Shown piece after piece: positions 1-7,682 of a stretch of 10,335 nucleotides of DNA. Numbering within the stretch: position 1 is the first letter of the stretch; each line of letters opens with the position of its first letter. Origin of the DNA: Candidatus Heimdallarchaeota archaeon (GTDB taxonomy: Archaea; Asgardarchaeota; Heimdallarchaeia; Heimdallarchaeales; Heimdallarchaeaceae); the NCBI GenBank assembly GCA_018238545.1, contig JABCTC010000073.1, positions 1-10,335 on the forward strand. The letters run 5' to 3'. The notes beneath the pieces are model-generated. The model saw only the letters and a program-made list of their open reading frames with translations, made no database searches and was not told where the DNA came from. Both the position numbers and the translations under genes were made by a program.

Positions 1-55
1 TCTTTGAGTGAGGGTTGACAGCTACTTGTACTTTCTTTGTTGCTTGTGAGACCAT
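1..55 (-). CDS. 5' end of a hypothetical protein running off the left edge (MVSQATKKVQVAVNPHSK...)
   Basis: Minus-strand ATG at 55-53, open to base 1. It is preceded by an archaeal SD-like AGGTGA (66-61) and a TATA-like TTTATATA (91-84). Only 18 codons are visible. Confidence 0.55.
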   Translation of the reverse strand, partial: MVSQATKKVQVAVNPHSK

Positions 56-83
56 CGTCTTCACCTACTTATCCACAGAATGG

Positions 84-91
84 TATATAAA
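84..91 (-). promoter_or_regulatory. Putative archaeal TATA box (TTTATATA) for the minus-strand gene starting at 55
   Basis: Consensus-like TATA about 29 nt upstream of the ATG, which fits a short-leader transcript. Confidence 0.45.
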
Positions 92-205
92 CGCGAAGAA
101 AAGTTAACTGGGAGGAGCCCCCCTATTCTCACTAACATATGCTCTCTTTATTATTATTGTTCAAAATTTTTCCCCTCATTTCCCTCATAACAAGATTGGG
201 TAAGT

Positions 206-596
206 TTTTACTCAGCAGTTGACTACGGTTTGATTCCTCAAACTTACTTTGAGGATGGTGACGCTCTTGATATTCTTGTTCTCATCTCTGAAACCCACCT
301 TTACAGGTTGTGTTGTAGCTGCTCGACCTATTGGTGTTCTTAGGATGAAAGATGAGAAAGGGCATGATGACAAGATTTTATCTGTTGCTTCAACCGATCC
401 TTTCTATCATGGTGTTTATGAATTAGATGATGTTTATCCTCACACACTCAGCGAAATTGCAGAGTTTTTCAAGACTTACAAAGGTTTAGAGCATGGTAAA
501 AAGGTAGAGGTGCTAGGGTGGGATAAGAAGACAGAAGCTTTCAAAAGCATAACTCACTCTATGAAATTATACAGAGAATTATTTGATAAGAATTAA
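206..596 (+). pseudogene. ppa: Family I inorganic pyrophosphatase, 5'-truncated and frameshifted (pseudogene or assembly error)
   Basis: The frame from 206 reads FYSAVDYGLIPQTYFEDGDALDILVLISE, which contains the PPase DGDxLD signature. One extra A (GAAACCC, 290-296) shifts into the listed ORF frame PTFTGCVVAARPIGVLRMKDEKGHDDKIL...EIAEFFKTYKGLE. The N-terminal region (EIP..KYE) is not found upstream. Confidence 0.85.
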
Positions 597-627
597 GGAA
601 ATAATCTTTTTTCCTCTTTTCATTTTC
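596..627 (+). terminator. Putative terminator after ppa
   Basis: Short AGGAA...TTCCT stem plus several T runs directly after the stop codon. Confidence 0.4.
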
Positions 628-707
628 GTTGTCATAACGGAATATTCATAATGTAATTTTCTTTGAGAGTAAATCAGAATTTAATACAAACTAGGAGAAC
701 GCTTGTT

Positions 708-2600
708 ATGGCTCTCGAAAAATGGATAAACAATGAGGATTTGGAGAAACTTCGTGCTCTCGAAAATCCTAAAGCTGAAAAGGTAATTGAAGAATTTCTT
801 ACACTTTGCAAACCTGCTAAAGCAAGAGTAATTGATGATTCGCCAGAAGATATTGCTTATGTTCGTCAACTTGCCATTGATAACGGTGAAGAGATGAAGG
901 TAGCGGTAGAAGGACACACAATTCATTATGATGGTTTTTATGATCAAGCCAGGGATAAGAAAAACACCCGTTTACTTGTTCCAGCTGATGAAAAAGATAA
1001 ATATGGTCAACATATTAACACTGCTGATCGTGATGAGGGAATAAAGGAAGTTCTAGAGATAATGGATGGAACGATGGAAGGAAAAACTGTTCTCATAAGG
1101 TTTTTCAGTTTAGGTCCAACCAAATCTAAGTTTTCACTTCTTGCTCTTCAAATTACAGATTCCGCATATGTTGCTCATTCCGAAGATATTCTATATCGAA
1201 TGGGTTATGAAGAATTTAAGCGTAGAAAGGGTGACGATTTCTTCTACCTCATACACTCAGCAGGAGAACTTACAGATAAAAATGTAACAAAAAATGTTGA
1301 TAAAAGAAGAATATACATCGATTTAGTTGAAAATCGTGTTCTTTCTGTTAACAACCAATATGCTGGAAACAGTTTAGGATTAAAGAAACTTGCTTTAAGA
1401 TTAGCTATTAACAAAGCAGTAAGTGAAGATTGGCTCACTGAGCACATGTTCATTAGCGCTGTTTGGCCTCTGGATAAAAGTAGAAAAACTTACTTCCTTG
1501 GAGCTTTTCCAAGTGCTTGTGGTAAGACTAGTACAGCTATGATCCCCGGTTTTACAATTGTTGGAGACGACATAGCCTATCTAAGATTAAATGAAGCAGG
1601 TGAAGTTAAAGCTGTTAACATCGAACAAGGTATTTTTGGTATTATTAAAGATGTTAATCCAGATGATGACCCAGAAATTTACAAAAACTTATGTACACCT
1701 CGAGAAGCCATCTTTTCAAATGTATTAATCAAAGAAGGCACACCTTATTGGTTAGGAATGGGTGATCAAGTTACTGTTCCTGATAAAGGGATCAATTGGA
1801 CTTCCTCCAAGCTTGGAGATTGGGAAGCAGGAAAACATTTCGATGATGATGGTAATGAATTAAAATTCTCTCACCCAAATGCTAGATACACCATTAGAAT
1901 TGAAGGACTTGAGAATGCAGATGAGGCTATTCATGATCCTGAAGGTGTCAAAGTTTCGGGTATTATCTATGGGGGAAGAGATTCAGATACATCTGTTCCT
2001 GTTTATGAATCGTTCTCATGGGAACATGGAGTGTTCATAGGTGCATCTATTGAATCTGAAACCACTGCAGCAACCTTAGGTAAAGCAGGCGTTAGAAAAC
2101 ATCAACCAATGGCAAACTTAGACTTTATCGTTACACCGCTAGGCAAATACTTAGACGCACATTATAACTTCGGTAAAAGAATTGATGATGTTAACCGCCC
2201 TCGAATCTTTTCAACAAATTACTTCCTTAAGGACGAGAACGGACGTTATTACGATGAGATCTTAGACAAGAAGATTTGGTTACTTTGGGCTGAAGGTAGA
2301 GTTCATGGAGAATATGAAGCTATTGAAACTCCAGTCGGACATATTCCAAAGTATGAAGATATAGCGACTCTCTTCAAAGGGGCATTCGATGTAGACTATA
2401 CTAAGGAAAGGTATGAAGCTGAATTTTCTATAAGAATTCAGAAGTTCCTTTTGAAGATAGATAGAATAGAAGCAATCTTTCGAGGAGAGAAGGATATTCC
2501 TGAACAGCTGTTTGTTGATTTAGAGGAACAAAAGAAACGATTACTAGCTGCTAAAGAAAAGTTTGGTTCTGATATCATATCACCCTTTCTTTTTAAATAA
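708..2600 (+). CDS. pckG: Phosphoenolpyruvate carboxykinase (GTP-dependent)
   Basis: Motifs AFPSACGKTS, VGDDIA, WLTEHM, YAGNSL, HPNARY and IIYGGR. ATG 708 (MALEKW) with AGGAG at 693-697 is preferred over TTG 663. Confidence 0.96.
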   Translation: MALEKWINNEDLEKLRALENPKAEKVIEEFLTLCKPAKARVIDDSPEDIAYVRQLAIDNGEEMKVAVEGHTIHYDGFYDQARDKKNTRLLVPADEKDKYGQHINTADRDEGIKEVLEIMDGTMEGKTVLIRFFSLGPTKSKFSLLALQITDSAYVAHSEDILYRMGYEEFKRRKGDDFFYLIHSAGELTDKNVTKNVDKRRIYIDLVENRVLSVNNQYAGNSLGLKKLALRLAINKAVSEDWLTEHMFISAVWPLDKSRKTYFLGAFPSACGKTSTAMIPGFTIVGDDIAYLRLNEAGEVKAVNIEQGIFGIIKDVNPDDDPEIYKNLCTPREAIFSNVLIKEGTPYWLGMGDQVTVPDKGINWTSSKLGDWEAGKHFDDDGNELKFSHPNARYTIRIEGLENADEAIHDPEGVKVSGIIYGGRDSDTSVPVYESFSWEHGVFIGASIESETTAATLGKAGVRKHQPMANLDFIVTPLGKYLDAHYNFGKRIDDVNRPRIFSTNYFLKDENGRYYDEILDKKIWLLWAEGRVHGEYEAIETPVGHIPKYEDIATLFKGAFDVDYTKERYEAEFSIRIQKFLLKIDRIEAIFRGEKDIPEQLFVDLEEQKKRLLAAKEKFGSDIISPFLFK

Positions 2601-2612
2601 TAAGTAAGATCA

Positions 2613-2639
2613 GGGGATTAATTTCTTCCCCATTTTTTT
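2613..2639 (+). terminator. Hairpin plus T7 terminator after pckG
   Basis: GGGGA-N9-TCCCC (2613-2631) followed by ATTTTTTT, shortly after the stop codon. Confidence 0.65.
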
Positions 2640-2647
2640 GTAACTAT

Positions 2648-2923
2648 TTGTGGTGCATATATAGAATAGACTATACTCAATATCAGATTAAGTTGACAGT
2701 AGGATATCAAGTTGATGAGAACAAACAGAGCAAAAAAACAAATAAATTCGCTCTTGTAAACTGCATTATAGGAATACCAACTATTTTATTTTTAACATGG
2801 CTTATGGCAAAAGGATTTCTAGCAGATCACATTGTTACATCTTCTTTAGCTCTCAGTGTTCTTGCAATTGGTGTCGGTTATTCTATTTTCAAGATTGTTA
2901 AAGAAAAGAAAAGTAAGGAATAA
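2648..2923 (+). CDS. Small membrane protein with two predicted TM helices; true start uncertain and probably downstream
   Basis: Two hydrophobic segments (FALVNCIIGIPTILFLTWLMA; IVTSSLALSVLAIGVGYSIF) flanked by Lys-rich ends. Confidence 0.6.
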   Translation: MWCIYRIDYTQYQIKLTVGYQVDENKQSKKTNKFALVNCIIGIPTILFLTWLMAKGFLADHIVTSSLALSVLAIGVGYSIFKIVKEKKSKE

Positions 2924-3672
2924 AACTAGTTAGATTCATACCTTAAACTTAGTTCTAGATTGCACAAAACACCCTTTAAACCTGTAATTTGAGCTGAAAA
3001 TACATTATTGTCGAGAATAAGAACTTAGAAACATGAAAAGTACAAATTTTATCTATCAAAGGCCATAAGTTCGGTAATTTTTCTCTCGTACTATTTATGT
3101 CGGGAGTTGTACAAAGAAATAGACTTTCAAGTAAATCGTTACTCAATAAACATTTCATGAGAATTTTAAAATAGTTTGTTGAATAAAGATATTCTAGAAT
3201 AGGCGTATTAATTGTGCAGAATTAAGATTTTTAATAGATCATTGAACAAGCAAAAAACAAAACATAGAACATTTTGAGTTAAGCAACTAAATACTGTTGA
3301 TCGTTAACAGAAGTACTAAGATAAGCGAATACAATAGTTTCAAGAATATGGGAAAAAAATTTCACAAAATTTTATTGAACTTGCTTCAGGAAAATTACCG
3401 ATAGTTAATTTACTAATGGGTGGAAGAAATTTACAGTTCAACTATGATAGATTAAGAAAATTAAATCCCAAGTAATGAATACCCTAAGATATTGATAACA
3501 AGTTAGAATAGAATTCTGAAAGTTGAATAAAGAAGAAATCAGCCTGCACAAGGAAACAATATGGACAAATATTAATTAACTTGAAAACTAACTTAGCGAC
3601 CTTAAAGTAGCGAACACAGAGAATAGTTGCCTTTTCATAATACACAAATAATACAATTAATATACTAGTTAA

Positions 3673-3724
3673 CTACAGGGGTATTCTGTTGAAAATGTTT
3701 ATATTGGCAACAAAACCCTTGTAG
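3673..3724. repeat. Imperfect inverted repeat bracketing the promoter of the 3729 gene
   Basis: Left arm CTACAGGGGTATTCTGTTG (3673-3691). Right arm CAACAAAACCCTTGTAG (3708-3724), whose reverse complement is CTACAAGGGTTTTGTTG. The arms align with 1 mismatch and 2 single-base gaps. Confidence 0.55.
3691..3705 (+). promoter_or_regulatory. Putative BRE-TATA promoter (GAAAATG-TTTATATT), likely leaderless
   Basis: TATA-like element at 3698-3705, about 24 nt before ATG 3729, with a purine-rich BRE-like stretch upstream and no SD motif. Confidence 0.55.
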
Positions 3725-3728
3725 AAAC

Positions 3729-4259
3729 ATGATTGAAGAAGTAAGAGATTTACTCAAACGTATTGATCAAATAATTGATTCAGAATCAAGAAGGATGACT
3801 GATCAGATCGATGAACTAAAAGAAGAACTAAATGAATTAAAGGAATCTGGAGAGAACTTCAGTTTGATTAGAGATGAAATTAAGAACCTTACTTCACAAG
3901 TAGATGAGATAACATATGAACGAGATAGCCTTCAGAAAACAGTTGAAAAGCTTTCACCTTTAGAGAGTATAACTAAAGAATTAAGCGAACAAGTAAAAAA
4001 TTTAACACTGCAGCAAGAGGGATACATTTTCACAATTAAGGTAATAGCAAATTGGCTACCTAGTCAAAAAGAGAACATCGATGTTCTTGTAGCTTTATCG
4101 TCATCACCAAACCACACTTGTACATTGAAAGAATTACATAGCAAAACAATAATCCCTGAAGTAACATTGAAGAATCGTGTTCTTCCTATCCTAGAAGATA
4201 ACTCACTGATAAAACTAGAGGGGAAGGATGTTAAACTTACAATAAAAGAGAGTGAGTAA
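3729..4259 (+). CDS. Coiled-coil protein with probable C-terminal winged helix-turn-helix domain
   Basis: Residues ~1-100 show E/K/L heptad character. The C-terminus (IDVLVALSSSPNHTCTLKELHSKTIIPEVTLKNRVLPILEDNSLIKLEGKDVKL) follows a wHTH pattern. Confidence 0.7.
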   Translation: MIEEVRDLLKRIDQIIDSESRRMTDQIDELKEELNELKESGENFSLIRDEIKNLTSQVDEITYERDSLQKTVEKLSPLESITKELSEQVKNLTLQQEGYIFTIKVIANWLPSQKENIDVLVALSSSPNHTCTLKELHSKTIIPEVTLKNRVLPILEDNSLIKLEGKDVKLTIKESE

Positions 4260-4327
4260 TAGCTATAGAACGTTTGTGTAAGAAGTTCCGCAAAGTTAAA
4301 TAAGACAAATTGTTAAACATAATATAC

Positions 4328-5140
4328 ATGAAAAAAATACTCAAATCTCGTCGAGGAGTTTCAAGTATTATATCAACGCTAGTAATCTTTACAGTAATGG
4401 TTTCTGCTTTAGGTTTGGCTTTTTCGCAAATAATTCCTTCACTAGAAAGGTTTCAGACACAAAGTGATCTAACAGCTGCAACAAACACTTTCTTATCTTT
4501 TGATTCAGAAATTAAAACACTGATCAACACACCAGACAATTCTTCAAGCGTATTAAGATATAATCTTGATAATGGGATACTAGATTTGAAACAAAATAGA
4601 GAAATATCCTTAATGATAAATTCAGGAGGAGTTGCTTTATTGAATAAATCCTATTTCACAGGAGAGGTTGAGTATAAAATAGCAGGGAATTTTAAAGGGT
4701 TAGGAGGAGCGATATACGACTTTGGTAGCCCATTATTACTTGTTTATTCGCTTAACAGAACAGCGCAAATGATGAATATTGTTCACCAAACATTTGATGG
4801 ATACAAAACCATTCAATTATACTACAGTGTTTTTGTGAGCATAGAAATAACAAGTGAAACAGATGTAGAAGTTAATTTCATGATAGTTCACTTGAATACA
4901 TCAAAAACCTTGGATGGGCAAGGAGAGTATTTTCCAATAGTAAATACACAAGATAAGATCCAGATTGTGAAACTAAGTCAAGTGATAGAAAGTTTTAATC
5001 TTGGTGAACAAAGTGATGAACTATCTATAAAAGCTCAAACCGCAGGTTTCTCGCAGAATATAGCTTATACATTAGCCCCGCCAGTTTTCTCATTAACTGT
5101 TAATATCATACACATAAATATCGATTTTCGCACTGTATGA
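4328..5140 (+). CDS. Archaeal type IV pilin/archaellin-like protein with class III signal peptide
   Basis: From ATG 4328: MKKILKSRRG|VSSIISTLVIFTVMVSALGLAF, i.e. basic leader, Gly at -1 and a hydrophobic N-helix (PibD/FlaK substrate pattern). The remainder looks beta-rich with N-X-S/T sequons. TTAAATA at 4296-4302 supports this start. Confidence 0.8.
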   Translation: MKKILKSRRGVSSIISTLVIFTVMVSALGLAFSQIIPSLERFQTQSDLTAATNTFLSFDSEIKTLINTPDNSSSVLRYNLDNGILDLKQNREISLMINSGGVALLNKSYFTGEVEYKIAGNFKGLGGAIYDFGSPLLLVYSLNRTAQMMNIVHQTFDGYKTIQLYYSVFVSIEITSETDVEVNFMIVHLNTSKTLDGQGEYFPIVNTQDKIQIVKLSQVIESFNLGEQSDELSIKAQTAGFSQNIAYTLAPPVFSLTVNIIHINIDFRTV

Positions 5141-5563
5141 GAGAAAACAAGTAAAAATAATACTGACGAAAAAGGATATAATAGATAGCAATCATGTCTA
5201 TTTAGCGAAGTTTTCTCGTTTGAGATTGGACTTATGGGTGTAAAACCCTTGTATGATATTCTCATTTCGAAACTTCGCTACCCATATTTATCTTCTGATG
5301 GATTTACTATTTTAGCTAGTTTGTTCGTTCTACATAATGCTTTAGTGGATAATGACTGTTTAATGAGATATACAATAGGTGTTACCGCTTTCATTATTGT
5401 TTTAGTATTACGACCCACCCCTGTGGCATTTTTAATCTTTTTATGGAAAATGCTTATTCAATTGATATTTGTACTAGTATAACGGTTTCTTTGTCAGTTT
5501 TTTTCTTGTTGTCTTTTAGTATGTTCATCTTCTTCTAAGTATAACGTAAACGAGTGATGAACA

Positions 5564-5632
5564 ATGATGAAACAAAAATATGATCCTGAAGACGGAGACG
5601 AATCAATAACCCCACCATTATGGCAACCTTAA
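5564..5632 (+). CDS. 22-aa micro-peptide A, MMKQKYDPEDGDESITPPLWQP (alternative start 5567)
   Basis: ATG...TAA with an SD-like GAGTGA at 5552-5557 and a downstream T-tract. 18 of 21 aligned residues match the paralogue at 7427-7495, and five codons differ synonymously. Confidence 0.8.
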   Translation: MMKQKYDPEDGDESITPPLWQP

Positions 5633-5640
5633 TTGCCTTA

Positions 5641-5655
5641 ATTTTTTTTATTTTA
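5641..5655 (+). terminator. Oligo-T terminator after micro-peptide A, abutting a possible TATA (TTTATAAA, 5652-5659) for the next gene
   Basis: T8 run about 10 nt after the stop, mirrored after peptide B. Confidence 0.55.
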
Positions 5656-5687
5656 TAAATTATAGAAAATGCAAGTAAACTGCAATT

Positions 5688-7328
5688 TTGGTAAGCTACT
5701 TTAAATATTCATCTTCTGAAAGCTTATTGGTGCACAACTTGCTTATTGAGGAATTGGCTTCCAAAGTTGAATTTGCAAAGTCTAAAGAGAATCTTAGAGA
5801 AATCCTAGGAGATATATGTCTTCTCTCATCAAATGAAAGATCTAACAAGGAATTAATGTTGTTATTAGACAAAGCAATAGAAAAAAGTGAATTATTGGAT
5901 GATGAAAAATCATTGGTAAATTTGATTGGCTATAAAATTCCTGTATTATATAATAATCGTGAAAATGCTTCAGAGGTGCGAAAATTAATAGCAAGAATGC
6001 AGTTGATTTCTGAAAATAATAATTATAGTGATATATTAGCTTGGACATATTCTTATATTTGGTATATTGAAAAATTTGAGGAAAATAAGAAAAAAAGTAT
6101 TGAAGCCTTAGAACATTCTCTAAAATTGTTAGATGGGCTTTCAAATTATGATGAATATATTTATCACTTTATTAGATATTCTTATGCAGTCGAACAATGG
6201 CTGAATAATCATGACATTGAAAGTGCTACAATATTGGAAGAGTGTTTAATTTATTTTTTCAGAGAAGGGTTTTATAGGAGTTTAGCTCAAGTATTTGGTC
6301 TTTTAAGCATAATCTATACAAGAATGCATGAAAGTAAGAAAGCATTAAACTTAAGCAATCAAATTCTCGCTAACCGATTTATCTTTGACAGTTTGCCACT
6401 AGATGTAAGAGGTATAATTTATTATTTCACAGGTTTAGGGCATATGCTAAATGCTAATTTAGCAATAGCTGAATCGTATTTCAATGAGGCTTATAATATC
6501 CTTAAACCAATCTATAAGGATAGTATTTACTACAGCAATTTTCTTATTCTTCATTCTTATCTTGCAACTGTTAAAGGATTACAAGGCAAAACCGATCAAG
6601 TTTATACGCTAACTAAAGAAGCAGAGATTCTTCTTCAAACAGATTATATAAAAAGCAATTTGGATGAAAATACAAGAAAACAGATTGTTCATACCCTCAA
6701 TCTCGTGAAGTTCTACAACATCTCATGTCTAAGCTGTTATAATTATCAGGAACATCAAGAACTGATTAATGAAATTAGTAAAGGTTGTAAAGACCTATAC
6801 AGTGATTTTATGACTTTTAGTGAATTTATTCTTAACTCGAATCTTGATTCTGATAAGCTTCAACGTCTAATGACAATTGATAATTTTAGTATTAATCGTA
6901 TAAAACACCTGATCGAGTTTATGCTTGAAAAGCAAAAATTAGAAGTAAAAATCAGCCAAGAACAAAAAGCTCTGAATTATATTTCTATTTTAGAAAAGCA
7001 CGTAACAACGAGCAAGACTACATTTATAGAACATGCTTATAGGGATCTCCTTATAGCTCAGCAGCTGTTTTCACTTAAAAGATATGCAGAAATCTCTCCA
7101 CTTCTCAAGCAATATGAGAGTAGACTCAAACAAATTGAGGTTCTAGAAATGCGTATCTTCATAGAAGCTTTTATTCAAGTAGGTGCATATAAGAACGGAG
7201 ATCCTCTTGGTTCAGCTTTACAGTATATGGCAATAAAGAAATGTAGACTATATGGATTCTCTAGATTGGAATATACTCTATTGAATTACCTACAATTGCA
7301 ACAGAAGGAAATAACAAGAACTATATGA
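5688..7328 (+). CDS. All-helical TPR-like hypothetical protein (546 aa)
   Basis: Repeated amphipathic helix pairs with TPR-type patterns (LAQVFGLLSIIYTRMHESKKALNLSNQIL; GIIYYFTGLGHMLNANLAIAESYFNEAYNIL; HSYLATVKGLQGKTDQ). No TM segment or recognisable catalytic motif. TTG start. Confidence 0.75.
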   Translation: MVSYFKYSSSESLLVHNLLIEELASKVEFAKSKENLREILGDICLLSSNERSNKELMLLLDKAIEKSELLDDEKSLVNLIGYKIPVLYNNRENASEVRKLIARMQLISENNNYSDILAWTYSYIWYIEKFEENKKKSIEALEHSLKLLDGLSNYDEYIYHFIRYSYAVEQWLNNHDIESATILEECLIYFFREGFYRSLAQVFGLLSIIYTRMHESKKALNLSNQILANRFIFDSLPLDVRGIIYYFTGLGHMLNANLAIAESYFNEAYNILKPIYKDSIYYSNFLILHSYLATVKGLQGKTDQVYTLTKEAEILLQTDYIKSNLDENTRKQIVHTLNLVKFYNISCLSCYNYQEHQELINEISKGCKDLYSDFMTFSEFILNSNLDSDKLQRLMTIDNFSINRIKHLIEFMLEKQKLEVKISQEQKALNYISILEKHVTTSKTTFIEHAYRDLLIAQQLFSLKRYAEISPLLKQYESRLKQIEVLEMRIFIEAFIQVGAYKNGDPLGSALQYMAIKKCRLYGFSRLEYTLLNYLQLQQKEITRTI

Positions 7329-7426
7329 AATTCAAGGTGGGGATTCTTTGTTCGTTAGAAGTTATATTTGTCTCATAATTTCCTTGGATATTATTATCGT
7401 TACCTCTACTAGATTATTGATAATCT

Positions 7427-7495
7427 ATGAAACAAAAATATAATCCTGAAGACGGAGACGAAAGTATACTTCCCCCTTTGTGGTTACCCGGTTAA
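7427..7495 (+). CDS. 22-aa micro-peptide B, MKQKYNPEDGDESILPPLWLPG
   Basis: ATG 7427 to TAA 7495, paralogous to 5564-5632 and followed by a T-tract. Confidence 0.8.
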   Translation: MKQKYNPEDGDESILPPLWLPG

Positions 7496-7502
7496 CACTA
7501 AC

Positions 7503-7521
7503 TCTTTTTTTCTCTTTATTT
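7503..7521 (+). terminator. Oligo-T terminator after micro-peptide B
   Basis: T7 run within a pyrimidine-rich tract, about 10 nt after the stop. Confidence 0.55.
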
Positions 7522-7682
7522 ATATGATTTAAGCTACAATTGATGTGAAAATATTGTGTTATTTAAAAATCAATTTGATCATTAGAGGCTAGAATAGGTT
7601 AGAGAGAGTATAAATGTAGTATACTATAAGATAATAAGAAAGATAAAGGCTTATCATGACATAAAGACTGGTTAGTATTAAG

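Larger units (their letters stand above)
5567..7462 (+). repeat. 36-bp direct repeat (5567-5602 and 7427-7462) flanking the TPR-like gene
   Basis: ATGAAACAAAAATAT(G/A)ATCCTGAAGACGGAGACGAA, 35 of 36 bases identical. Confidence 0.95.

Noticed and set aside
251-262. EDGD in ppa matching EDGD in the micro-peptides
   Set aside because: A four-residue match with different codons and context, most likely coincidence.
249-293. Listed N-terminus MRMVTLLIFLFSSLK as a signal peptide on PPase
   Set aside because: Artefact of the frameshift; the conserved PPase sequence lies in another frame.
681-1453. Minus-strand ORFs 681-947 and 1244-1453
   Set aside because: Antisense shadows inside pckG with no recognisable motifs.
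2976-3158. Minus-strand 60-aa ORF
   Set aside because: Short, with no motif or expression signals.
5065-5528. ORFs 5065-5265 (-) and 5234-5482 (+), plus a minus-strand HTH-like fragment KKIKNATGVGRNTKTIMKAV
   Set aside because: The first overlaps the pilin-like gene. The second's hydrophobicity could come from T-rich sequence and it has no other support. The HTH-like fragment has a stop just upstream and no start. A small gene or relic cannot be excluded.
5842-6144. Minus-strand 100-aa ORF
   Set aside because: Antisense to the TPR-like gene, with composition typical of a shadow ORF.
5567-7462. 36-bp repeat as a CRISPR repeat, IS end or att site
   Set aside because: Only two copies 1.86 kb apart, no spacers, cas, transposase or integrase, and the similarity continues at the codon level.
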